Source: a virus (taxonomy: Duplodnaviria; Caudoviricetes). Taken from it: 27,959 nucleotides of DNA. Every line of letters starts with the position of its first letter. Position 1 is the first letter of the stretch. The notes beneath the pieces are model-generated. The model saw nothing but the letters and a program-made list of their open reading frames with translations, ran no database searches and was not told the DNA's origin. This document shows, piece after piece, positions 18,639 to 26,659 of the stretch. The stretch lies in the IMG/VR virus record IMGVR_UViG_3300043423_000096, positions 1-27,959 of that record. One strand, 5' to 3'. Position numbers and translations under genes: made by a program.

Positions 18639-18705
18639 TGGAGCCGCCATGCTGGGATTCTCACCCAGTCCGGATTAGAAATCCGGCGCTTGAAGCACCA
18701 TGGCG
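18639..18705 (-). ncRNA. Miniature tRNA-like RNA (UCU at the anticodon position, reduced D arm, CCA end)
   Basis: CGCCAUG-GU-GCU(UCA)AGC-G-CCGGA(UUUCUAA)UCCGG-A-CUGGG(UGAGAAU)CCCAG-CAUGGCG-GCU-CCA. All four stems are fully Watson-Crick paired. Confidence 0.7.
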
Positions 18706-18707
18706 TT

Positions 18708-18784
18708 TGGTTCTGCAGGTCGGATTTGAACCGACGATTACCGGCGTATGAGACCAGCGACTTACCTGACTTGTCCACCGCAGA
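18708..18784 (-). tRNA. tRNA-Met(CAT), initiator-like but atypical
   Basis: 77-nt cloverleaf: acceptor TCTGCGG/CTGCAGA, D stem GAC/GTC, anticodon arm CTGGT-CTCATAC-GCCGG, T arm GTCGG-TTCAAAT-CCGAC, discriminator A and encoded CCA. Confidence 0.92.
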
Positions 18785-18791
18785 GGCGCAA

Positions 18792-18820
18792 CCACTATCC
18801 GGCGGGGCGTGCTGCGTCAA
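18792..18820 (-). promoter_or_regulatory. Putative promoter of the RNA cluster
   Basis: TTGACG (18820-18815), 17-nt spacer, TAGTGG (18797-18792), ending 7 nt before the tRNA 5' end. Confidence 0.55.
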
Positions 18821-18829
18821 GCGGCATTT

Positions 18830-19594
18830 TCAGTAGGTCCAGTATTCTGCCGAGACGACGAGTGCCACCGTCGCAGTGTCACCACTCCCAACTAGGAACT
18901 GGACCTTATTCCCTGCTTCAAAGATGGCCGGGAGCACGATGTCTGCGACCGAGTAGCCGCTGCTGGGGCTATGGCCGGGGATTAGGTCAGTATAATCCAC
19001 GTATCCAAGGCCATAGCGGGTTTCCCTGTCACCGCTCCACTGTGCAGCTGTGGCCGTGCCATGAACGTGGATTTCCGCCACCCACCGTTGAATCGACTCG
19101 ATGAAAAACACGCCGTTGAAGCTGACTGAACATCTAATGTCTTGGTCGGTCTTCCAAGTGCCCACTTCGAGAATTGGATCGAAGAAGATGAAAGAAGAGA
19201 AACTACCAAGGAGAGACATCACCTTCGCTGCGGGTTGTGGGATGCCTGATTCCGTCTCAGGTGGCGGGCCTACCATAACGAACGCCCCCTGAGGGTCATA
19301 GGCGGTGCGGGACTTCGCCAAGGTGACTGTGACTTGCTCGCCGCCGCCTGGGGGTTCCGAGAAGTAACTGACAACGCAAGATGTGGAAATACTAATCTTC
19401 TTCAGGTTCCAGTGGAAGTGAGTGGCGTTTCGCAACCCTTTGTCTCCGTCGATCTCTTTGAAAATGGCGTAGTTGGAATTGAAGTCTTCTGGTGTTGGGA
19501 AGGATGGGAATTCCGGGGCATATCCAAACCTTGACAGGTACAGCAGCCTGAGTGGAACATGCCCGTTCCGGTGAATGAAAGGGCTTGCGTTCAT
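18830..19594 (-). CDS. Hypothetical protein (~254 aa, beta-rich and aromatic)
   Basis: Start reassigned to ATG 19594 (MNASPFIHRN), which forms an ATGA overlap with the stop of the upstream gene. Confidence 0.75.
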   Translation of the reverse strand: MNASPFIHRNGHVPLRLLYLSRFGYAPEFPSFPTPEDFNSNYAIFKEIDGDKGLRNATHFHWNLKKISISTSCVVSYFSEPPGGGEQVTVTLAKSRTAYDPQGAFVMVGPPPETESGIPQPAAKVMSLLGSFSSFIFFDPILEVGTWKTDQDIRCSVSFNGVFFIESIQRWVAEIHVHGTATAAQWSGDRETRYGLGYVDYTDLIPGHSPSSGYSVADIVLPAIFEAGNKVQFLVGSGDTATVALVVSAEYWTY

Positions 19595-20142
19595 CCTGCA
19601 AAGGGGAGGGGCAGCATGGTGGCCTTGCCGTCGATGGCACAAGCAGTCATCGCTACGTTTGAGGTGAGGAGTTGAATGAAGTGGCCTTTCTTTAATGGGA
19701 ACCCGGGCGCTCCTCTCGGCAGGTCGTCGGACACCACATGTCCGACCCGACAAGTCGCTTCAGTTTGAACTGGGGGTGAGCCGCCGCTGTAAGTCGCGTA
19801 GGCGGGCCAAACCCCGCCAGTCTCCAGAGTGCAACCTTCGGTCGTGAAATCGCTCTTAATCTTCATCTTCAGCCAGACCTTCGTGCTGGCACCTAGCGAT
19901 AAACTTTGTCCTGCCATGTCGATCCCCGTGTAGGGAATCACCGATGTCACCACAATGCCGCTAGCGATTTCAAAATTGTCACCGTCGGGCGACAGCGCGA
20001 ACGGAGAGCGAAACGAATCGTCGAATTGGAGTGAGTGGGCAAACCGGTAAAGCTCTTGGTGATCACTGCGAAGTTCTTCATGGTCTATCCTCCGCCGATG
20101 AAGCTTCGCCTCCACCTCGATTTGATTCAAATTCATGGCCAT
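19591..20142 (-). CDS. Hypothetical protein (183 aa; short N-terminal helix plus beta-rich domain), possibly virion-associated
   Basis: Plausible ORF divergent from the scaffold gene and translationally coupled to the next gene. The start may be 20142 or 20136. Confidence 0.75.
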   Translation of the reverse strand: MAMNLNQIEVEAKLHRRRIDHEELRSDHQELYRFAHSLQFDDSFRSPFALSPDGDNFEIASGIVVTSVIPYTGIDMAGQSLSLGASTKVWLKMKIKSDFTTEGCTLETGGVWPAYATYSGGSPPVQTEATCRVGHVVSDDLPRGAPGFPLKKGHFIQLLTSNVAMTACAIDGKATMLPLPFAG

Positions 20143-20148
20143 GAACGG

Positions 20149-20217
20149 AAGGTTTCATAAACGCAAATAATTTGCAAAAACAAATTTCTTGCGTTTGTAA
20201 TCCAGTTGCGTTAAGCG
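20149..20217. promoter_or_regulatory. Divergent promoter region with three contiguous 17-bp operator-like sites
   Basis: ACGCAAataatTTGCAA (20161-20177), AAACAAatttcTTGCGT (20178-20194), TTGTAAtccagTTGCGT (20195-20211). Rightward TTGCGT-17-TAAGCG ends 6 nt before ATG 20224. Confidence 0.6.
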
Positions 20218-20223
20218 TCGCCC

Positions 20224-21207
20224 ATGTCAGACAATCAGGCGCAAGCCGATATTCAAGACCCAACGCCGGTCACAGATCCTTTGGATGCTGTGGAATCCAC
20301 TTTTAGTGGGACGACGAAGAACACGATTGATGCTTACGAGGCTCTCGTCAGAGAGTCGCTTGACGCGCCGGATGAAGACCCGATTCAAGGCGAAACGCCT
20401 GATGAAGTCACCGACGAGCTAGAAGAGCTAGAACAGTTTTCAGACGAAAACGACGACACTCCCGTCGAAGATGACGAAGACGTGCCAGAGGTGAAAGCCA
20501 AGGACCGCTTCCGATTCAAGGACGAGACCGACCAGAAAATTGCTGCCGTTGCGAAAGCAATGGGGGTTTCCCTGATCGAAGCCGTCAAAATCGTCGAAGG
20601 GCAGAAGTCGCCAGCGACTCAACAAGCTGATCCATTGCCAACTGAGGAAAGCGAAAGCTCCGCCTCGGTGAGAGAAGCGATCAAGGAACTCAAGGGGAAA
20701 AAGAAAGAAGAGCTTTCACTCCTGAATTTCGAGAACGCTACCGACATTGACGATCAAATTGATGAACTGCGTGAAAAGCTGGACGAACTAAAAATCACGG
20801 AAGCTCGGGAGAATTCCCGCAAGGAGCAAGCCGCGACAGATAGTTTTTACGCTCAATACGCAGCAAGCGAGGACAAGACCATTGGTCTTTACCCGGATGC
20901 CGCCGTGAAGAACAGCCCGATGGCAAAGGAAATGGCCCGCATTCAAGCTGAGATGCTTGAACTCGGCGACCCTCTTTACTACGCCGCCGACAAGCCCTTC
21001 ATCTTGGCAAAAGAAGCCGCTCTCAACCTTGGAATCCCCATGCGGAAGCCATGGACTGCACCAGTCAAAAAATCCGTTCAACATCGTCCCATCCAACCCG
21101 CAAGCGGAAACGCTCGCACTACCACCAATTCCGCCCAACGGACTTCGGAGGTGATTGCAGGGATCAAAACTTCTGACGACTACGAGCGACTCGTGGCGTC
21201 GATGTGA
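20224..21207 (+). CDS. Capsid scaffolding protein (putative)
   Basis: Very acidic N-terminus, coiled-coil middle, Pro/Thr linker and a short C-terminal helix (DDYERLVASM), directly upstream of the capsid gene. Confidence 0.75.
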   Translation: MSDNQAQADIQDPTPVTDPLDAVESTFSGTTKNTIDAYEALVRESLDAPDEDPIQGETPDEVTDELEELEQFSDENDDTPVEDDEDVPEVKAKDRFRFKDETDQKIAAVAKAMGVSLIEAVKIVEGQKSPATQQADPLPTEESESSASVREAIKELKGKKKEELSLLNFENATDIDDQIDELREKLDELKITEARENSRKEQAATDSFYAQYAASEDKTIGLYPDAAVKNSPMAKEMARIQAEMLELGDPLYYAADKPFILAKEAALNLGIPMRKPWTAPVKKSVQHRPIQPASGNARTTTNSAQRTSEVIAGIKTSDDYERLVASM

Positions 21208-21310
21208 TGAGCTGACAGGCAAGCATATTCCATAGGTCCGTAGATGCTCTATTGGTGACGTTTCAAATCCCTCACTTTGAGGGGACAACTCACACCCACA
21301 TACTACCACC

Positions 21311-22798
21311 ATGGCTACTCAAGACTTCGCTCCCGCCACTACCGGGACATCACTATTCGCCCAAGACAGCGGCAAAAACTTTCGCATTCTCTGGAAAACA
21401 GGGGCGGAAATCGGGGAAGAAGAAGAAGACTTCACCCAGCAATTTGAAGGCCCATCCGAACGCTTCCCGATTTGGACGGAAAGCGACACCTCCACGGGCG
21501 CAGGCTCAAAGAAGGTCTTCACCACCACCTCCGGCTACTACAACGAAGGCAAATACGGCGAAGGCTCGTTCGATAACCCTTCCGACTTTGAAGAAGACCT
21601 TCTGAGTTCTTACGAAGTGAAGTGTGACTTCATCCGCAATGCCGCCAGCCGCTCGATCCGCGCTGATGAGTTCATGGGCCTCAAGGGCGAACTCAAGGCA
21701 ATGGTCCCGATGAAGTTGGGCCGCTGGTTGGGCCGCACCAAAAAGGACCAAGCAATGGGTCTTCTTGTCCACAAGCTGCCCAACGAAAACCGAATCTTCG
21801 CAGACAACCTGACGTTGGCAACCCTCGGTTCCAATAGCACGCTCGGCTGGGACGACATCGTCACCGCTGGTGCCGCGATGAAGCCGCTGGGTGGCCAAGC
21901 ATTCCGTGTCTCCAAAGATGGACGCAACATGATCAACTCTCAGTTGTTCATTCCATCCGAGCAAGCCGCCTTGAGTCTTCGCCTTGACGGGGTTTACCAA
22001 GACTTGCTCAAACACGGAGCCGTCAAGGGCGAGATGAACAACCTGTTCAAGGGCGGCTACCCTGACATCGACGGTCATACCGTTGCGCCGCACAACGCGC
22101 TCAATCACTCAGGTCGGGGACCAGTGGGTTCCTTCCTTGCGCCTGAAGCATACTTGGGACTCACGTTCCCTGCTCCCGTTGGCAACACCGCACGGGTCAT
22201 TACTGGCGGCGGAGGTGATAACACAGCGGGCACGGTTGGGATTACAAATCCATTGTGGTTCAAGTATTTCCCCGGCCATGCGTTTAGGTTCATCGACACT
22301 GGCGCCGTGACCCAAAACACAGGACCGCATTACGCGATCATCTACAACACCAGCGGTGCAAACGTCGGTAAGTGGGGGATGATCCAATACACCACTGGAA
22401 ATGACGGTAACTCGATTACCGTCACCCAGCACCTCGCTGACAACGCCTTCTTGGCCGTCGGTGGCGCTCGTTCGACTACTGTTGGCTCCGTGACTTGGAA
22501 CGCCGCACTGAACACCGAAGTTTGGGCATCTGGGGCACTTATCATCCCTTGCAACGTCAAGGGAGTGCCATTCGCTCACACGTTGGTCTTGGGCGCAGGT
22601 GCCATTGTCCGTGCCTACGGATCGATGCGCAACGAACGCTCCGAGGAAGAGCAGCAAGGTGGATTCATCAAGCGCACGTTCATCACCTCGGTGTTTGGGC
22701 AATCGCTCCGCACGGACCGTAAGGGACGAGTGCCTGCCGCCATGCTGTTGACCACCGCGATCAAGCGCCCAGGTATCACCCTGCCAACCATCGCCTAA
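21311..22798 (+). CDS. Major capsid protein, N4-gp56/DUF4043-like, with a large insertion
   Basis: Family-like segments FEG..FPI..SDTSTGAG.K.F, EG.YGE...EE.L..SYEVK.D.IRNA, LFKGG..DIDG and LVLGAGAI.RAYG. It follows the scaffold gene and precedes a strong hairpin. Confidence 0.85.
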   Translation: MATQDFAPATTGTSLFAQDSGKNFRILWKTGAEIGEEEEDFTQQFEGPSERFPIWTESDTSTGAGSKKVFTTTSGYYNEGKYGEGSFDNPSDFEEDLLSSYEVKCDFIRNAASRSIRADEFMGLKGELKAMVPMKLGRWLGRTKKDQAMGLLVHKLPNENRIFADNLTLATLGSNSTLGWDDIVTAGAAMKPLGGQAFRVSKDGRNMINSQLFIPSEQAALSLRLDGVYQDLLKHGAVKGEMNNLFKGGYPDIDGHTVAPHNALNHSGRGPVGSFLAPEAYLGLTFPAPVGNTARVITGGGGDNTAGTVGITNPLWFKYFPGHAFRFIDTGAVTQNTGPHYAIIYNTSGANVGKWGMIQYTTGNDGNSITVTQHLADNAFLAVGGARSTTVGSVTWNAALNTEVWASGALIIPCNVKGVPFAHTLVLGAGAIVRAYGSMRNERSEEEQQGGFIKRTFITSVFGQSLRTDRKGRVPAAMLLTTAIKRPGITLPTIA

Positions 22799-22811
22799 AG
22801 CAAGCAATCCT

Positions 22812-22850
22812 AAGCCGGGGCGTGAATTCACCCGCCTCGCCCCGGCTTTT
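22812..22850 (+). terminator. Intrinsic terminator after the capsid gene
   Basis: 11-bp stem AAGCCGGGGCG (22812-22822) / CGCCCCGGCTT (22838-22848) running into TTTTCCCCTTTTCCCCTTTT. Confidence 0.7.
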
Positions 22851-22878
22851 CCCCTTTTCCCCTTTTCCCCACTTTGAA

Positions 22879-23412
22879 ATGAAGATCGTCATCCGCATCA
22901 CTTCCCGCCTTCGCTCGATGGCACCGTCTCCCAAAGGCTTCCATTCCATTGCAGGGCTGGAACATCTCGGGCTTCTCTTTACTGGGACGGTCTTCACCGA
23001 CGCCGTTGAGTTCAACGCTGCCGTTGAGAGTATGAAAGACCCCCATTTCAAAGCAAAAGGCTGCGAGTTCGCCGCCTACGCCCTGACACCTTCCGACGAG
23101 GCCAAGTTGAAGGCCGGATTCATCCCCGCTCCCGACGAGCCGATTGAGGCTCCAGCTCCCGTGATCGAAGAGGCTACCGAAGCACCCGCCTTTACCGAAG
23201 TCCCCGACGAGCCGATTGACGCAATCATTCCCGCCACCCTCGGCAACCCTGAATTCACCCTCGACGGGAAGCAGATCCTTTTTGGCAACGAGCGAATCGC
23301 CGGACTCTGGGGCGATGAAAAGCAGCTTCGAGTCCTGTCATCCCACAACCACCTGCGGCCCGCCATCGTAGCGTGGCTGCTCACCATCACCACACCTGAA
23401 GACCTACTATGA
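22879..23412 (+). CDS. Hypothetical protein (177 aa; two small domains joined by an acidic Pro-rich linker)
   Basis: Start reassigned to ATG 22879 (MKIVIRIT) downstream of the terminator. Its stop overlaps the next start (ATGA). PDEPI occurs twice. Confidence 0.75.
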   Translation: MKIVIRITSRLRSMAPSPKGFHSIAGLEHLGLLFTGTVFTDAVEFNAAVESMKDPHFKAKGCEFAAYALTPSDEAKLKAGFIPAPDEPIEAPAPVIEEATEAPAFTEVPDEPIDAIIPATLGNPEFTLDGKQILFGNERIAGLWGDEKQLRVLSSHNHLRPAIVAWLLTITTPEDLL

Positions 23413-24398
23413 GCGCCTTATCCGACGGACTTGAATATTCTCTTTTGAACCATTACCTACGGGGAATCTCGCATGTGCCTACAGCGAGCTTAGAAGTCGG
23501 ACTTTTCACCTCTGACCCCGGCGATTTCAGCATCATCGGCGAAGTTTCCGGCGGAAGCTACGCCCGCGCCGCCGTCGCCAACAATGTGACATCCTTCCCG
23601 CCGTGTTCCATCACGGGAGTCCCGACCAAGGCCAACGGCGTCACCATCGCGTTCCCAACCGCGACAGTCTCGTGGGGAACCGTGAGCCATTGGGCGATCT
23701 TTGAGCCAGTTGTGAATATCACGGGTGCCTCATATTCAGTCGCTACCGGAGCAACAGTTACCGTTATTTCTTCTTCATCCATCACGGTAGGGATGGCGCT
23801 AGTCGGCACAGGAATCCCCGTCGGCGCTTATGTCGCGTCGATCACGGACGGGACCCACATCGTGATGAGTGCCGCCGCGACCGCGACAGGAACCGCCTTC
23901 GCCTGCCACCGAATGCTTTTCCACGGACAGCTCGACATCGCCCGCTACGTCGCGGTAGGTGATCCTCCGAAAATCGCAGTGGGCGAGATGACCATCTCCT
24001 TGAGTAATTCTTCAGGCGGCGGCTTGACCGACTTTGCCAAACGCAAGGGCTTAGATCTCACTCTTGGGGCGATTTCTTACCCTTCGCCAACCACCGTTTA
24101 TGCCGCCGCCGGGACAGCTCTCACTGGCGAGGCGTTCTCTGAGTGGGTTGACCCTGGCTACACTCGGCAATCACTCAGTTTCAATCCTCCAAGCGGTGGA
24201 TCGGCGCTAAATTCGACACTCGTCGTTCTCAATAACTCCGTCGTAAGCAACATTGGCCCATTGACGGCGCTCGGGATCTTCGACGACGCCTCCGTCGGAA
24301 ATGCTCTATTCCTAGGCCCGCTTGGTGCGTCTCGCTCCATCGCCATTGGCAATTCAGCAAAACTTCCTGTCGGCTCAGTCTCCATCACCTTCAATTGA
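23409..24398 (+). CDS. Virion structural protein with two tandem copies of a common phage tail-associated beta domain
   Basis: Copy 1: LSDGLE..LLN..LRG...VGLFTSDP...EVSGGSYAR...IAFPTATVSWGTVSHWAIF. Copy 2: LTDFAK..LD..LG..YPSPTTVY...GYTRQ...GIFDDASVGNALFLGPL. Confidence 0.8.
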   Translation: MSALSDGLEYSLLNHYLRGISHVPTASLEVGLFTSDPGDFSIIGEVSGGSYARAAVANNVTSFPPCSITGVPTKANGVTIAFPTATVSWGTVSHWAIFEPVVNITGASYSVATGATVTVISSSSITVGMALVGTGIPVGAYVASITDGTHIVMSAAATATGTAFACHRMLFHGQLDIARYVAVGDPPKIAVGEMTISLSNSSGGGLTDFAKRKGLDLTLGAISYPSPTTVYAAAGTALTGEAFSEWVDPGYTRQSLSFNPPSGGSALNSTLVVLNNSVVSNIGPLTALGIFDDASVGNALFLGPLGASRSIAIGNSAKLPVGSVSITFN

Positions 24399-24404
24399 TC
24401 CGCG

Positions 24405-25793
24405 ATGCCAACCGTCCTTGTCACTGTTGATACTAATCTATACACAGCAAAAGTGTCAAGTCTGGACGGACTGGTCCTAGGAATGAAAATTGCTCCGTGC
24501 TTCGTCGCTCCATTGGGAGCGAAGATTGTCTCGATGGGAGAGGGGCTTACCATGCCCCTTCATTACCTCATTGCTATTGTCGAATTCGATGAGGGTGAGC
24601 CCATAACAACTGACCCTCACCACCCTATATTTGCTAATTTTTGCCGAAATTATTCCGTCAACATCTACGAACCGTCATCCGCCACGCCAGTCGCGGTGAA
24701 TTTCGACGCTTCGTTCGTGACGATGGCTAGCGGCAAGGTCAACGTCAGCGGCTTCAGCGTTTATTTAGGCGTCGGCTTCATCACTAGAGCGCAGGCTGGA
24801 GCCATCCTGTCGGCGTCTCGGGACGTTACGACAACAGCCAACTTTGCCACAGCTACGGCAGCGAGAGCAAACCTCACCGGGTTCCCCATCAATTTCACCG
24901 CATCCTTTTACACGTCGGCCGCAGCGATCAGCCATCTTTCCGGTTCGGCTGTCGCATTGTATGCTAATTTCTTCACGTCCGCCGTGACGACATCACGGCT
25001 TACTGGTGCTACGATTACTCTGTCAGCATCCTTGTTCACGTCAGCCATCGCGGCGGCCGCGATTCACGGTGTAGCCGTCGAGCTGGACATGAACTTGCAT
25101 GACGTGGTGACCGAGCAGCTCAACCTATGGGGGATCGAAAGCATCTGCTTGGCACCAGATTTCGCCCTTGAGCGGGCCATCAGTGATGTCAATTCCGCCA
25201 TGCAAATTGTGTGGAATCAGGCCAACGACCGCAATTACTGGTCGAAATCCACCTTGAGTATCACGTTGACCAGTGGCCAAGATGCTTTGATCCTGCCGTC
25301 TGACGTTCAAAACGTCGTCGGCCCTTGTCGATTGGATGCCAATAAGCGGCTTCTCGCCCCTATTGGGTCAATCAGCGAGCTTGAAAATTTCATCAATTAC
25401 TATTTAGACGGGAGGACTCCGGTGGAGCCAGTGGCTTACCATATCGAGCGATCCAACCAAACGGGCAATGATCCTGCCAAGTGCGTCTTCCGAGTCACCC
25501 CTCCCGTTGCCGTCGGAGAGACTCTCATTTTTCTCTTGGACGTGGTGAAGGAAGCCCCCCGATTCAACGTCAAGCAGCTGAGCGTGCGCCCAACGCTCCC
25601 GATCCCTCACCGCTACGTCGAAAGCATCCTACTACCGATCCTCCGCTACCGAGCGACATCGTTTTGGCTGTTCAGCAACAATGAGTCCAAGCCGACGATT
25701 GACCGCGATTACCAATCGGCCATGCTCGCCATCGGGTCGGCTGACCCACTGCCCGGCAAATCCGGCGACAACAAGGAGACATCGAAAAAATGA
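24405..25793 (+). CDS. Repeat-bearing N-terminal extension fused to a head-tail adaptor-like domain
   Basis: From in-frame ATG 25089 (MNLHDVV) the sequence follows the podovirus adaptor pattern: helix-helix, ITLTSGQDALILPSD, LPIPHRYVESILLPILRYRA. The N-terminal part carries six ~21-aa repeats. Confidence 0.7.
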   Translation: MPTVLVTVDTNLYTAKVSSLDGLVLGMKIAPCFVAPLGAKIVSMGEGLTMPLHYLIAIVEFDEGEPITTDPHHPIFANFCRNYSVNIYEPSSATPVAVNFDASFVTMASGKVNVSGFSVYLGVGFITRAQAGAILSASRDVTTTANFATATAARANLTGFPINFTASFYTSAAAISHLSGSAVALYANFFTSAVTTSRLTGATITLSASLFTSAIAAAAIHGVAVELDMNLHDVVTEQLNLWGIESICLAPDFALERAISDVNSAMQIVWNQANDRNYWSKSTLSITLTSGQDALILPSDVQNVVGPCRLDANKRLLAPIGSISELENFINYYLDGRTPVEPVAYHIERSNQTGNDPAKCVFRVTPPVAVGETLIFLLDVVKEAPRFNVKQLSVRPTLPIPHRYVESILLPILRYRATSFWLFSNNESKPTIDRDYQSAMLAIGSADPLPGKSGDNKETSKK

Positions 25794-26653
25794 AAGCGGA
25801 AGCACTAGGCAACAGGCTCGCCAGAGACATCGATGAAAAGAGCAACGGGGAAATAAACTCAGATACCCGGCTTGAAATTCTCGACGCCATCAACGGCGGA
25901 CTTCAGCGGATGCACGCAGTGGCGCCTTACCACAGCAAGATCACGACGGGTAGCATCTCTCTTCAAGCGCCGACCACCATCTCCTTGGGCGTGACCCATG
26001 GCAGCGACCGCATCACCGGACACACCTTCATCACTGACCAGCTCTACGGCAGCATCTTGATCCAAGGTGACGCGATCTACAACCAAGTCATCGGTGGCGA
26101 TGAATTGCTCTACCCTTACAGCGGAGCCACCGGGACCGTCTCCGCCGTCATTTACTGGGATGGAGTGGCGATACCGGAGCCTTACGAAGAGCTTGTCGGC
26201 GACCCAAGGATTTTAGAAACCGGAAAGTCATTGGTCAATTTCAAGCCCGTGTGCGGAGCGTTCAATCACAAGCCCGTGGGAGAACCTAGATTTTATTGGA
26301 TGGAGGCCAACGCGATGAATCAAAATTCGCCGGCACCCACCGTGATCCGCTTTGACAGCCTTCCGTCGTGCGCGTTCCGCATGGAAGCTCAATTCTCACT
26401 TTCACCGGCCAGAATCACCTTTGAGGATTTGCTGGCTTCTGGCGACGGCATTCCCTTGAGGGCCGAGCACATCGAATGCTACCTCTTGCCGATTGCTCGC
26501 GGCATCCTCACCAGCTCCCGCTTGTGGAAAGACAAGGAGTCCAAGTCAGCAGCTCGCGACGATGCCGCATTGGCCGAAAAACGCTACGAAATGCTATCAC
26601 CCCAAACCATGGCAACGCCCCGTATTCGGGTCGGAACCAAACGAGGATACTGA
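25790..26653 (+). CDS. Second head-tail adaptor-like protein (paralog) with a beta-rich insertion
   Basis: ATGA coupling to the previous gene. N-terminal helices (LDAINGGLQRM) and C-terminal IPLRAEHIECYLLPIAR parallel the preceding protein. Confidence 0.65.
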   Translation: MKAEALGNRLARDIDEKSNGEINSDTRLEILDAINGGLQRMHAVAPYHSKITTGSISLQAPTTISLGVTHGSDRITGHTFITDQLYGSILIQGDAIYNQVIGGDELLYPYSGATGTVSAVIYWDGVAIPEPYEELVGDPRILETGKSLVNFKPVCGAFNHKPVGEPRFYWMEANAMNQNSPAPTVIRFDSLPSCAFRMEAQFSLSPARITFEDLLASGDGIPLRAEHIECYLLPIARGILTSSRLWKDKESKSAARDDAALAEKRYEMLSPQTMATPRIRVGTKRGY

Positions 26654-26659
26654 ACCACC

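Noticed and set aside
18639-18705. Pyrrolysine or amber suppressor tRNA and stop-codon recoding
   Set aside because: CUA is off-centre in the 7-nt loop (the central triplet is UCU), and long genes are intact in code 11 with TAG, TGA and TAA all used as stops.
19595-19753. Longer N-terminus for the 18830 ORF as given in the ORF track
   Set aside because: It overlaps the upstream gene by about 160 nt; the ATGA-coupled start at 19594 is more plausible.
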